From assembly GCA_902524385.1 (NCBI GenBank), contig CABZCZ010000002.1, forward strand, positions 112,541 through 176,540: a stretch of DNA of 64,000 nt. The letters are read 5' to 3'. The position numbers and the translations under genes were made by a program. The notes under the pieces were generated by a model. The model saw only the letters and a program-made list of their open reading frames with translations. It searched no databases and was not told where the DNA came from. Origin of the DNA: an uncultured Alphaproteobacteria bacterium. Lineage in GTDB: Bacteria > Pseudomonadota > Alphaproteobacteria > HIMB59 > GCA-002718135. This document shows, one piece after another, positions 9,324-19,294 of this stretch; within the stretch, counting starts at the first letter, position 1, and every line of letters begins with the position of its first letter.

Positions 9324-10211
9324 ATGAGAAAATTTCTAAATGGTCCATGGGTTTTACTAATGCCCACTTTAATAATACTTACTTGTGTTGTTTTATTACC
9401 CTTGCTCCTATCATTATGGACAAGTTTTACACCTTTTAAATTAACTAAACCAGATACTCTCTATCGATTTGTTGGATTTAGAAATTACGAAAGGTTAATT
9501 GGGGATATTGATTTTTGGATTGCTTTTGGAAGAACAGTCTTATTTTTAGCTGTTGCTCTTAATTTAGAATTAGTCTTTGGTCTAGGAATAGCTTTATTGA
9601 TAAATAAAATTACCTACGGACAAAGAACATTGAGAACACTAATGATGTTTCCAATGATGTTTTCTCCAATTCTAGTTGGATTTCAATGGAAGTATATTTT
9701 TAATGACAATATTGGTTTGATGAATAATTTTCTAAGAGAATTTGGAGTCATACAACCGATACCATGGCTAGTTGATGGCATTTTAGCAAACACTTCAATT
9801 ATGGCAGCTGAAATATGGTCAAGTACTTCAGTATTTGCAATTTTATTATTAGCAGGTTTATTAGGTATACCTAAAGATCCTATTGAGGCTGCTAAAGTTG
9901 ATGGATGCAACTCATGGCAAGTGTTTAAAAATATTACATTACCTTTCTTGATGCCTTTTGTATTTATTGCGATGACGATCAGATCATTAGATGTGGCAAG
10001 AGCTTATGATATTGTTCAGATGATGACTGGAGGAGGTCCAGCCAAAAGGACTGAATTACTATGGACTTTAATTTCGAGAACTGGATATGTTGATGCTAAA
10101 ATGGGAATGGCTAACGCAATGTCGTATATTTCAATTTTTCTTTCTATTGCGTTTACTTTTTTCTTTTTTTACAAATTAGTAGAGGCAAGGCAGAGGTTAA
10201 GTTATGAATAA
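9324..10211 (+). CDS. Carbohydrate ABC permease (MalF-like)
   Basis: FVGFRNY, EAAKVDG, MTGGGP. Confidence 0.92.
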   Translation: MRKFLNGPWVLLMPTLIILTCVVLLPLLLSLWTSFTPFKLTKPDTLYRFVGFRNYERLIGDIDFWIAFGRTVLFLAVALNLELVFGLGIALLINKITYGQRTLRTLMMFPMMFSPILVGFQWKYIFNDNIGLMNNFLREFGVIQPIPWLVDGILANTSIMAAEIWSSTSVFAILLLAGLLGIPKDPIEAAKVDGCNSWQVFKNITLPFLMPFVFIAMTIRSLDVARAYDIVQMMTGGGPAKRTELLWTLISRTGYVDAKMGMANAMSYISIFLSIAFTFFFFYKLVEARQRLSYE

Positions 10212-11064
10212 AAAACAAATCAATAATATTCTAATTTGGTTTTCAGCCATTGTTTTAATAATTTTAATTATGACTCCTGGCTTGTGGGTAGTCCTTACAG
10301 CATTTAGACCTCAAGTAGATGTTATGGCAAAACCTGCTGTTTGGATACCGCGTAATTTAAACTTAATTCAATTTGAAACTATGCTCTTTGGCGGCTCTGA
10401 AGGATCAATGGGTAGAAGCCCTATTCCCGTTTTAAGTTATTTACGAAACTCTCTTATAATTTCTTTTACAAGTACATTTATAGCAGTGTTAGTGGGCACA
10501 ATTGGGGGATATGGTTTTGCGAGACATAATTTTAAGCACAAAAATAAATATTTTTTATTAATTATGCTAACTAGAACAATTCCTGGAATATCTCTAAGTT
10601 TACCAATCTTTATTATATTTTCAAAAATTGGTTTAATCGATACGCATATTGGGATTATATTAGTTTTTGTTGCTTTAAATATTCCGTTTACAATTTGGCT
10701 AACAGACGGTTTTTTTAGACAAATTCCAAGAGCGATGTCTGAAGTAGCAATGACAGATGGTTGTACCAAACTACAAGCTTTTTGGCATATAGAGTTACCA
10801 TTATCTAGATCAGGAATAGCATCTGCTGGAATATTTGCTTTTTTAATTTCATGGAATGAATATGCACTAGTGTCAAATCTAGCAAGAAGCACAGATTCAA
10901 AAACATTAACTGTTGGACTTATGGATTTCACTGCGCAATTCACAATAAATTGGCCAGGAATGTGTGCTCTTGCAGTCTTTATTATTATTCCAGCACTAAT
11001 ATTAACCTTCATGGTTCAAAAGCATTTAGTAACAGGATTAACATTTGGAGGTGTAAAAGGATAA
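10204..11064 (+). CDS. Carbohydrate ABC permease (MalG-like)
   Basis: FFRQIP..EVAMTDG, SWNEY, GLTFGGVKG terminus. Confidence 0.92.
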   Translation: MNKKQINNILIWFSAIVLIILIMTPGLWVVLTAFRPQVDVMAKPAVWIPRNLNLIQFETMLFGGSEGSMGRSPIPVLSYLRNSLIISFTSTFIAVLVGTIGGYGFARHNFKHKNKYFLLIMLTRTIPGISLSLPIFIIFSKIGLIDTHIGIILVFVALNIPFTIWLTDGFFRQIPRAMSEVAMTDGCTKLQAFWHIELPLSRSGIASAGIFAFLISWNEYALVSNLARSTDSKTLTVGLMDFTAQFTINWPGMCALAVFIIIPALILTFMVQKHLVTGLTFGGVKG

Positions 11065-12158
11065 TGGCAAAAGTTATCTTACTAGGTGTCTCAAAGTTTT
11101 ACGGAAAAGTTCAAGCAGTAAAAAAAATTGATTTAGAAATTATTGATAAAGAATTTTTAGTTTTAGTTGGTCCATCGGGTTGTGGAAAATCTTCTTCTTT
11201 AAGAATGATTGCAGGATTAGAGGAAATAGATGAGGGTGTTATTAAAATTGGTGACAAAGAAATTAATAATCTAGAACCTAGAGAAAGAAACGTTTCAATG
11301 GTTTTCCAAAATTATGCTCTTTATCCTCATATGACAGTAGAGGAAAACTTAGGTTTTTCATTAAAGATCGCAGGACTTGCTAAAAAAGAAATTGAAGAAA
11401 GAGTACATGAGGCTGCAGGAATTTTAGATATAACTGAGTTTTTGCAAAGAAAACCATCGCAATTATCAGGTGGTCAAAGACAAAGAGTTGCAATGGGAAG
11501 AGCTATTGTAAGAAGACCAGATGTTTTTTTATTTGATGAACCTTTATCTAATTTAGATGCAAAATTAAGAAATCAAATGAGGACAGAAATTAAAAGATTA
11601 CATCAAAAAGTATCAACAACAATTGTCTACGTTACGCACGATCAAGTTGAGGCAATGACTTTAGCTGATCGAATTGTAATTATGAAAGACGGTATAATAG
11701 AACAAATAGGAACACCATTAGACCTATTTGAGAGACCAGCTACAAAATTTGTAGCCACCTTTATTGGATCTCCTTCAATGAATATGATCAAAGCCTCAAT
11801 AATAAATCACAATGACCAACTATCTATGAAAACAAACGATGGAATTATAGTGCCAGTACCCAAAGATAAACAAAATTTTGTAAGTGAAGGTCAAAATATT
11901 TCTTTTGGATTTAGAGCTGAAGATATAGTGCCACTAAAATTTGGACAAAAACCATCTAGTGCATGGGAAATGCAATCATCGGTTAATCTAGCAGAACCAC
12001 TTGGAACTGAAACTTTGATTTTTACAAACTTTGGTGAAATAGAAATAGTTAGTAGAATGTTTACACCAGAACAAGTTAAATCAAATGATCTTTTAGATTT
12101 TGCTTTAAATTTAGATAGAACATATTTATTCGATGAGAATAGCGGCTTAGCAATATGA
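11064..12158 (+). CDS. Carbohydrate ABC ATP-binding protein (MalK-like)
   Basis: GPSGCGKS, LSGGQRQR, FDEPLSNLD. Start reassigned to ATG 11064, overlapping the upstream TAA. Confidence 0.95.
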   Translation: MAKVILLGVSKFYGKVQAVKKIDLEIIDKEFLVLVGPSGCGKSSSLRMIAGLEEIDEGVIKIGDKEINNLEPRERNVSMVFQNYALYPHMTVEENLGFSLKIAGLAKKEIEERVHEAAGILDITEFLQRKPSQLSGGQRQRVAMGRAIVRRPDVFLFDEPLSNLDAKLRNQMRTEIKRLHQKVSTTIVYVTHDQVEAMTLADRIVIMKDGIIEQIGTPLDLFERPATKFVATFIGSPSMNMIKASIINHNDQLSMKTNDGIIVPVPKDKQNFVSEGQNISFGFRAEDIVPLKFGQKPSSAWEMQSSVNLAEPLGTETLIFTNFGEIEIVSRMFTPEQVKSNDLLDFALNLDRTYLFDENSGLAI

Positions 12159-12811
12159 CAAGTTCTACAGAAATTTCAGATAGATTATCAAAATGTTTTA
12201 GTAGTGTTATCCATGATGTCATGAGAGATGATGGATTTAAAAATTTTGTTTTAAATCCAAATATTAAATCTAATAAGGAAAAACACAAAATCGCAGGGCA
12301 AATTTTTACTATTGAAGGGGAATCAAATACTAGTTTCTCTCATCACGAAACACTCCTTGCTTGGACTGGTCTTTTATCTAAGGCTCCATCAGATAAAGTT
12401 CTTATCTGTCAACCAAACGATAATAATATAGCTTTAATGGGTGAGTTGAGTGCCGAAACTTTACAAAAGAAAAATATTAGAGGCTATATTTCTGATGGCG
12501 GGTGTAGAGATTTAGAATTTATAAACAAAATCGATTTTCCTGTTTGGTCGAAATTTTATACGCCTAAAGATGTCGTTGCTTATTGGAAGCCTACTAAATT
12601 TGAAGAAACTATTAAAATTGGAGATGTGGAAATACATAACGGTGATTATGCAATGGCAGATATTGATGGTGTTGTTATTATTCCCCAAGATAAAGTAATA
12701 GATATTTTGGAAAAATCAGAAAAATTAATTAATACTGAAAGCCAAGTTAGAAAAGCTATAAGAGAAGGAATGGATCCACAAGAAGCATATATTAAGTATA
12801 GCGTTTTTTAA
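12155..12811 (+). CDS. RraA / HMG-aldolase family protein
   Basis: MGEL, DGGCRD, GD..MADIDGVVIIP. Confidence 0.85.
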   Translation: MTSSTEISDRLSKCFSSVIHDVMRDDGFKNFVLNPNIKSNKEKHKIAGQIFTIEGESNTSFSHHETLLAWTGLLSKAPSDKVLICQPNDNNIALMGELSAETLQKKNIRGYISDGGCRDLEFINKIDFPVWSKFYTPKDVVAYWKPTKFEETIKIGDVEIHNGDYAMADIDGVVIIPQDKVIDILEKSEKLINTESQVRKAIREGMDPQEAYIKYSVF

Positions 12812-13257
12812 GTAATTTTTCTTTCAACCAAAAGTATATGTTCAGAATAACAAACACATTTGTCATTTTGATTTAGAATTTCACACGCCTCATTAACCTG
12901 CCCGTATTGAGGTCTTTTCGGATCATCTTTTTTTTCTTTTATAGTAACCTTAGTGTGAATTGTATCACCTATAAAAACAGGATTAGGAAAACGAAGTCTT
13001 TCAAATCCATAGGTGAAAGCTCGCTTGTTAACTATCGAAGCTGTAAGTGCGATACCTATCGAAAAAGTACAACTAAATTGTGCTATTCGTTGACCAAATG
13101 GTCCCTTTTTAGCAAACTCTGCATCAGTGTGATGAGGGTAAAAGTCTCCAGAGTGCATTGCGTGCATTACAATATCAGTTTCAGTGATGGTTCTGCCAAC
13201 AGTGACTCTTTCCGCACCTAGTTCATAGTCTTCGAAGAATTGTTCTATTTCTACCAT
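12808..13257 (-). CDS. MaoC-family (hot-dog) dehydratase
   Basis: FFEDY..G, RTITETD, SGDFYPHHTD, LRFPNPVFIGDT. Confidence 0.88.
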   Translation of the reverse strand: MVEIEQFFEDYELGAERVTVGRTITETDIVMHAMHSGDFYPHHTDAEFAKKGPFGQRIAQFSCTFSIGIALTASIVNKRAFTYGFERLRFPNPVFIGDTIHTKVTIKEKKDDPKRPQYGQVNEACEILNQNDKCVCYSEHILLVERKIT

Positions 13258-13305
13258 TTCTATTGAATAAATATTTCTCTGTAATAAGGTAGCATAATTG
13301 TAAAA

Positions 13306-13869
13306 ATGAATAAAGATAATAAATTTGAAAACACTGTTGGAATTGAGTCAACCTTTCCAAAAGATATGCCCAATGAGCATGGAGAAATTCCAGTATGGAA
13401 TTCTGAAAACTGGTTTTATGAAGATGTTATTGTCGGTCATAAAATTAGATCTCTTCGCCGAACAATATCTGAAGGAGAGGCTATGCAATTTAATTGTATG
13501 GTTTTAGATATGCATCCATATGTAGGTGATGAACATTTTGCTAAAAATGAAGGTATGTTCCAAAAAAGATTAGTAGCAGGAGCTTTGGTTTTTTCTTATG
13601 GGTTGGGTTTAGTTGCTACTAACTGTGTAAATTCTTTTAGTTATGGATATGACCGTTTAAGATTCATCAAACCAGTTTTTATTGGAGATACAATTTATAC
13701 AATTAGAACTAATATGGAAAAAAAACCAAAATATGAAAAAATGGGTTTGGTAAGAACCAGTTACGAAGTTTTTAAAGGTGAAGGCGAAATCGTTCTATAT
13801 TGTGAGCACCTACATTCAGTTTTATATAAAAAACCAGAAGACTTTAAAGATAAATACGAAAAAAAATGA
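13306..13869 (+). CDS. MaoC-family (hot-dog) dehydratase-like protein
   Basis: [25 protein letters not shown]. Confidence 0.85.
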   Translation: MNKDNKFENTVGIESTFPKDMPNEHGEIPVWNSENWFYEDVIVGHKIRSLRRTISEGEAMQFNCMVLDMHPYVGDEHFAKNEGMFQKRLVAGALVFSYGLGLVATNCVNSFSYGYDRLRFIKPVFIGDTIYTIRTNMEKKPKYEKMGLVRTSYEVFKGEGEIVLYCEHLHSVLYKKPEDFKDKYEKK

Positions 13870-14996
13870 TTAACTTAAAGGGGATGACCTGGGATCATTC
13901 TAGAGGTTTTGACCCAATGGTTGCTACATCTAAAAAATTTCAGGAAATTCATAATAATAAAGTTTCAATTGAATGGGATAAAAGACCATTACAAGCATTT
14001 GCAGATAGACCTATAGAAGACATGACCGATGATTATGATTTGATAGTAATAGACTATCCTCATGTTGGTGAAGTGGCTCACAAAGGACTTTTACAAAACT
14101 TATACCTCAATGAATATCAATCTCAATTAAACGATTTAAAAAAGCAATCAGTTGGAAAATCGCATGAGAGTTATTTTATAGACAATAAACAATGGGCTCT
14201 TGCCATAGATGCTGCCTCACAGACCGCCTGTTACAGAGAAGATTTAGTTAGAGCACTTCCATCCAAATGGGATGATGTTCTTTCATTAGCAAAAGAGAGA
14301 AAAGTTCTTTGGCCTTTAAAACCAGTTCATGCAATAAGTAGTTTTTATAGTATCTATAACAACATTACTGAAGAATTAATCCCAGAAAAAAATTTTATTA
14401 ATAAAGATGCTGGCGTTAAAACCCTTACAATGATGAAAGCTGTATCTAAAGAAATAATCAATGATTGTTTAAGTATGGATCCAATTCAAACTGCTGAACT
14501 CATGACAGAGACTAATGATTTTTATTATTGTCCATACATTTATGGATTTTCAAATTACTCGAGAAATAATTATAGAAAAAATATTTTGAAATATATCGAT
14601 GTTTTAGATTTATCGGGTAAAGGTCCATCAGGAACACATTTAGGTGGCACTGGCATAGCAGTATCAAATGTTAGTAAGAATAAAGATCTAGCAATTGAAT
14701 ATGCATTTTGGATAGCAGGGGCTGAATGTCAAAAGTCACTTTTTTACCAAAGTGGTGGACAGCCAGGAAATTCTGAAGCTTGGGAGGATGAAAAGATAAA
14801 TCTAGAAACAAATGATTTTTTTAAAGCAACTCGTAAAACTCTTGATTTGGCATGGGTAAGACCAAGGCATAATGGTTATATGGAATTTCAAGACAAAAGT
14901 GGCGATCTCATTAATGAATATCTACAAACAGAAATTTCAGCTGAAAGTATTTGTGAAAAATTATCTGATATGTACAATAAGAGTTTCAAAGAATAA
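13866..14996 (+). CDS. Solute-binding-fold protein lacking a signal peptide
   Basis: [12 protein letters not shown]-terminus with no hydrophobic leader; [18 protein letters not shown]. Confidence 0.75.
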   Translation: MINLKGMTWDHSRGFDPMVATSKKFQEIHNNKVSIEWDKRPLQAFADRPIEDMTDDYDLIVIDYPHVGEVAHKGLLQNLYLNEYQSQLNDLKKQSVGKSHESYFIDNKQWALAIDAASQTACYREDLVRALPSKWDDVLSLAKERKVLWPLKPVHAISSFYSIYNNITEELIPEKNFINKDAGVKTLTMMKAVSKEIINDCLSMDPIQTAELMTETNDFYYCPYIYGFSNYSRNNYRKNILKYIDVLDLSGKGPSGTHLGGTGIAVSNVSKNKDLAIEYAFWIAGAECQKSLFYQSGGQPGNSEAWEDEKINLETNDFFKATRKTLDLAWVRPRHNGYMEFQDKSGDLINEYLQTEISAESICEKLSDMYNKSFKE

Positions 14997-15004
14997 ATTA
15001 TTGT

Positions 15005-16153
15005 ATGACTAAACCATTAGAAGGATTAACTGTATTAGAATTTAGCCAGTTTTTATCAGGGCCATATGCAGGCTTAAGACTTGCTGATTTAGGAGCAAGA
15101 GTAATTAAAATTGAAAGACCAGAAGTTGGTGATCTTTGTAGAAACTTATATATAAGCGATACTGATCTCGAAGGTGATAGCACTTTATTTCATGCAATTA
15201 ATAGAAATAAGGAAAGCTTTGCAGCAAATTTAAAAGATGCCAAAGATATAGAGTTAGTAAAAAAATTAATTGAGAAGGCAGATATAATTACACAAAATTT
15301 TAGACCAGGAGTAATAGAACGTATTGGTTTAGATTATAAAAATGTAAAAAAAATAAATCCAAAAATAGTTTATGGAACTATTTCTGGTTACGGATCTGAT
15401 GGGCCCTGGAATTCATTACCTGGGCAAGATTTATTAGCACAATCTAGAACAGGTTTAGTTTGGTTAAATGGTAATGGAGGTGAAGCACCAACCCCAATGG
15501 GTTTGGCAGTTGCTGACATGTTGGCAGGACATACACTTGTTGAAGGTATACTAGCAGCGGTTATCAAAAGATTTCGAACAGATAATGGATCTCATGTAGA
15601 AACAAGTTTAGTTGAAGCCTTATTAGATTTTCAATTTGAAGTTCTTACGACATATTTTAACGATGGAAACAGAAAGCCGCAAAGAAGTTCGTATAATAAT
15701 GCCCACGCATATTTATCTGCTCCATATGGAATTTATAAAACATCCAATGGATATATAGCAATTGCAATGACACCACTGCCTCAACTTGGTGAATTACTTG
15801 ATTTAAATTCAATTAAAGATTTACATGATCAAAAAGAATGGTTCACAAAAAGAGATGAAATTAAAAAAGATATTGGCGACTGGATTGAACATCAAACAAC
15901 AGAACACTGGTTAAGTATTCTTGAGCCAGCAGATATATGGTGTGCTAAAGTACTTGATTGGGAAACAATGGTTAAACACGAAGGGTTCAAGATCCTCGAT
16001 ATGGTTCAGAGAATTAAAAGAGATGATGGACTTGATATTGAAACACTTCGTTGCCCAATAAAAATTGATGGAGAGATTTTTAAATCAAGTAAGGCAGCTC
16101 CAAAAATTGGAAATGACAATAATAGTATTATGAAAGAATTTGGTATCTCATGA
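15005..16153 (+). CDS. Family III CoA-transferase (CaiB/BaiF)
   Basis: PLEGLTVLE, LADLGARVIKIE, NRNKES, NFRPG, PGQDLLAQ. Confidence 0.92.
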   Translation: MTKPLEGLTVLEFSQFLSGPYAGLRLADLGARVIKIERPEVGDLCRNLYISDTDLEGDSTLFHAINRNKESFAANLKDAKDIELVKKLIEKADIITQNFRPGVIERIGLDYKNVKKINPKIVYGTISGYGSDGPWNSLPGQDLLAQSRTGLVWLNGNGGEAPTPMGLAVADMLAGHTLVEGILAAVIKRFRTDNGSHVETSLVEALLDFQFEVLTTYFNDGNRKPQRSSYNNAHAYLSAPYGIYKTSNGYIAIAMTPLPQLGELLDLNSIKDLHDQKEWFTKRDEIKKDIGDWIEHQTTEHWLSILEPADIWCAKVLDWETMVKHEGFKILDMVQRIKRDDGLDIETLRCPIKIDGEIFKSSKAAPKIGNDNNSIMKEFGIS

Positions 16154-17256
16154 AAATTAAAGATATAGAAATTCGTATGTGTCGACACAAAGAGCCTGTC
16201 ATGAAAGATTCAGAAATGAGAGATGGGAAAAAATCAGATTTAGAATTCTTAGTTATCACATTTCACACTGATGAAGGTCTATCTAGCTCTACTTTTGGGT
16301 TTGCAGGTAGGGGTGCAGAAATGGCTGGTGAAATTGCAAATTCAATTTTTAAACCTTTTTTTATTGGAAGAGACCCACTTTATCGTGAACAACATTGGCA
16401 TGAATACAGAACCGCAGACAGATGGTGGAACCACGCACCTATTTATAGTTATGGACCATTTGATATTAATTGTTGGCTTCTCTCATCTATGCAAGCAGGC
16501 CAACCTCTTTATAAGTATTTAGGTGCTTATAGAGACATGGTTCCAATTTATGGAAGTTCTCTAGTTTTAGATTCACCTGAGGCTTATGCAAAAGAAGCTT
16601 TGGAATATAAAAAGAGAGGTTTCAACGCTTATAAACTTCATCCTCCTGGAAAATATGATTTTGATTTGGAAGCTCATAAAAAAACACGTGAAGCAGTTGG
16701 TGATGAATTTAAGCTCATGAGTGATCCGGTTGCCCCTTATACTTTTGAACAAGCTTTACGTTTTGGAAGAGAGTTAGAAAAATTAAATTATTATTGGTAC
16801 GAGGAGCCTTTGTTTGATGAAAATTTTCATAATCTAAGGGAATTAACTAGAATATTAGATATTCCTATTATTGGAACAGAGGTTATAGCAAAACATCCTT
16901 ACAGTGTTGCTGAATGTATCTCTACAAGGGTTGTTGATATGGTAAGAGCTGATGTTTCATGGAGTGGAGGTATTACGGCTACAATGAAAACAGCACACTT
17001 AGCAGAAAGTTTTGGTGTTCAGTGTGAAATTCATACAGCTATTTATCATCCTTTAGAACTTGTTAACTTACATTGTTGTGCTGCTATAAAAAATTCTGAA
17101 TTTTTTGAAGTACTCGTTCCTTATGAATATTTTAATTTTGGTTTAAAAGATTCTATCAAAGTCGAAAACGGTTATGCTCATTTACCTTCTAAGCCAGGTC
17201 TTGGTATTGATTTAGATTGGGATTTTATAGATAATACAACTTTCAAAAAAATTTAA
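16150..17256 (+). CDS. Mandelate racemase / acid-sugar dehydratase family enzyme
   Basis: YKLH, MSDP, WYEEP, GTE, EIH, PGLGID. Confidence 0.85.
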   Translation: MKIKDIEIRMCRHKEPVMKDSEMRDGKKSDLEFLVITFHTDEGLSSSTFGFAGRGAEMAGEIANSIFKPFFIGRDPLYREQHWHEYRTADRWWNHAPIYSYGPFDINCWLLSSMQAGQPLYKYLGAYRDMVPIYGSSLVLDSPEAYAKEALEYKKRGFNAYKLHPPGKYDFDLEAHKKTREAVGDEFKLMSDPVAPYTFEQALRFGRELEKLNYYWYEEPLFDENFHNLRELTRILDIPIIGTEVIAKHPYSVAECISTRVVDMVRADVSWSGGITATMKTAHLAESFGVQCEIHTAIYHPLELVNLHCCAAIKNSEFFEVLVPYEYFNFGLKDSIKVENGYAHLPSKPGLGIDLDWDFIDNTTFKKI

Positions 17257-17258
17257 AA

Positions 17259-18560
17259 ATGACAAAGATTACTAAATTTAGTGTTCAAGATGTAAGATTT
17301 CCAACTTCAAAAGATTTAACTGGATCTGACGCCATTCATACAGATCCCGATTATTCAGCAACGTATGTGACGGTTTTTACCGATCAATCAGAATTAAAAG
17401 GATATGGTATTGCCTTCACGATTGGTAAAGGAAATGACATTGTTGCTGAATGTATAAAACATTTTTTTCCAATTTTTGAAAATATGGACTTAAATGATTT
17501 AGAAAATAACATTGGTAAGCTCTGGTTCAAGTGTGTTGATCATAGTCAACTACGTTGGTTAGGTCCTGAAAAAGGAGTTGTTCATATGGCTGTATCAGCA
17601 ATCTTTAATTGTTTATGGGATTTAATTACTAAGAAGCACAAAAAACCTTTGTGGCAGTTTGTTGTAGAAAGCGAGCCTGAAAAAATCGTTAGTTGGTTAA
17701 CATTTAAATATATTGAAGATGTTTTAACTCCAGAGGAAGCGTTAGCGATTTTGTCAAACAATCAAAATGATAAACAAAAACGTATCGATACGGTATTGCA
17801 AGAAGGATATCCATCTTACACAACTGCCGCAGGATGGCTTGGCTATTCAGATGAAAAAATAATTCAATTATGCAAAGAATATATGGCGAAAGGTTGGAAG
17901 CATTTTAAAATCAAGGTAGGTTTAGATTTAGATGCAGATGTAAAAAGACTTGAGTTAATTAGAAAAACAATTGGTGATGATTGCTTTATTATGGTTGATG
18001 CAAACCAACAATGGAACGTAGAACAATCAATTAAACATATTAATGCATACAAAAAATTTAATTTATTTTTTGTAGAAGAACCTACAAGTCCAGATGATGT
18101 AATGGGTTTTGCCAAAATAAAAAAAGAAGTTGGAAACGTAAGACTTGCAACTGGAGAAGCTTGTGGAGGTCGTATCATGTTTAAACAATTTCTCGAATCT
18201 GGTGCAATGAACATTTGTCAAATTGATAGTTGCAGATTGGGAAGTATAAATGAAATAATAACTGTATTGTTAATGGCACATAAATTTAATGTTCCAGTCT
18301 TTCCTCATGCAGGTGGTGTTGGTCTTTGTGAGTATGTCCAACACTTATGTATGATTGATTATATTTTAATTAACGGTTCTAAAAATGATAAAGTAGTAGA
18401 ATATCAAGACAGTTTACATGAACACTTCATATATCCTTGTAAAATTGAAAATGGAAATTATATGCCTCCACTTGATCATGGATATTCTATTGAAATGAAA
18501 GAAAAGTCTGTTAATGAGTTCTCTTTTCCTAACGGCAAGTATTGGAATAATAATATATGA
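17259..18560 (+). CDS. fucD: L-fuconate dehydratase
   Basis: DVRFPTS..GSDA..DPDYS, SQLRWLGPEKGV, YTTAAGWLGY, KIKVG, PHAGGVGLCE. Confidence 0.92.
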   Translation: MTKITKFSVQDVRFPTSKDLTGSDAIHTDPDYSATYVTVFTDQSELKGYGIAFTIGKGNDIVAECIKHFFPIFENMDLNDLENNIGKLWFKCVDHSQLRWLGPEKGVVHMAVSAIFNCLWDLITKKHKKPLWQFVVESEPEKIVSWLTFKYIEDVLTPEEALAILSNNQNDKQKRIDTVLQEGYPSYTTAAGWLGYSDEKIIQLCKEYMAKGWKHFKIKVGLDLDADVKRLELIRKTIGDDCFIMVDANQQWNVEQSIKHINAYKKFNLFFVEEPTSPDDVMGFAKIKKEVGNVRLATGEACGGRIMFKQFLESGAMNICQIDSCRLGSINEIITVLLMAHKFNVPVFPHAGGVGLCEYVQHLCMIDYILINGSKNDKVVEYQDSLHEHFIYPCKIENGNYMPPLDHGYSIEMKEKSVNEFSFPNGKYWNNNI

Positions 18561-19294
18561 GACTAAAAGATAAAAAAATAATAGCAACTGCAGCAGCACA
18601 AGGGATTGGCAGAGCAACTGCAATGATGTTTGCTAAAGAAGGTGCTTCTGTGATTGCTACAGATATCAATGAAGAAAAACTTAATGAATTAAACAAAGAA
18701 AATAATTTAATAAAAACTCAAAAATTAGATGCAACTAATAAAAAGGCAGTTGAAGAATTTTGTTCCAGTATTGATTCGGTTGATGTTCTTTTTCATGCAG
18801 TAGGTTTTGTTCATCATGGAACGTTATTGGAATGTGATGATGAAGAATTTTATAGATCAGTGAATGTAAACGTATATTCAGCCTATCTTATGAGCTACAA
18901 TTTAGTTCCTAAAATGTTAGAAAAAGGAAAAGGAAATATTATCATAGTATCTTCTGCAGCTTCTAATGTGAAAGGTGTTGAAAATAGATTTATATATGGA
19001 GCAACTAAAGCAGCTTTAAATGGTTTTGTTAAAGCAGTTGCGGCTGACTATGTGAAAAAAGGAATTCGATGCAATGCAATACTTCCTGGAACTGTAGAAA
19101 CACCTTCCTGGGAAGGAAGAGTAAACATGGCTGCTGATCCAAAGAAAGCTCGTGAAGACTTTATAGCGAGACAGGCAATGGGTAGATTGGCCCAACCAGA
19201 AGAAATTGCTTCACTTGCTACATATCTAGCGAGTGACGAATCATCTTTTGTAACAGGAACCTTAAATTTAATTGATGGAGGATGGACTTTATAA
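18557..19294 (+). CDS. SDR, 2-keto-3-deoxy-L-fuconate dehydrogenase (BDH2-like)
   Basis: TAAAQGIG, GFVHHGT, NRFIYGATKAA, PGTVETPS; coupled to fucD. Confidence 0.85.
   Translation: MRLKDKKIIATAAAQGIGRATAMMFAKEGASVIATDINEEKLNELNKENNLIKTQKLDATNKKAVEEFCSSIDSVDVLFHAVGFVHHGTLLECDDEEFYRSVNVNVYSAYLMSYNLVPKMLEKGKGNIIIVSSAASNVKGVENRFIYGATKAALNGFVKAVAADYVKKGIRCNAILPGTVETPSWEGRVNMAADPKKAREDFIARQAMGRLAQPEEIASLATYLASDESSFVTGTLNLIDGGWTL

Noticed and set aside
10437-11012. 191-aa antisense ORF
   Set aside because: Lies wholly opposite a clear permease, with no independent features.
10950-11063. N-terminal extensions in the ORF track (also at 19282, 22724, 26390, 29463, 37452, 51504, 55221, 3024)
   Set aside because: Longest-ORF artefacts; coupled or SD-supported starts lie downstream.
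12155-12811. Menaquinone methyltransferase or RNase E regulator call
   Set aside because: A known misannotation of the RraA family; no SAM-binding motif.
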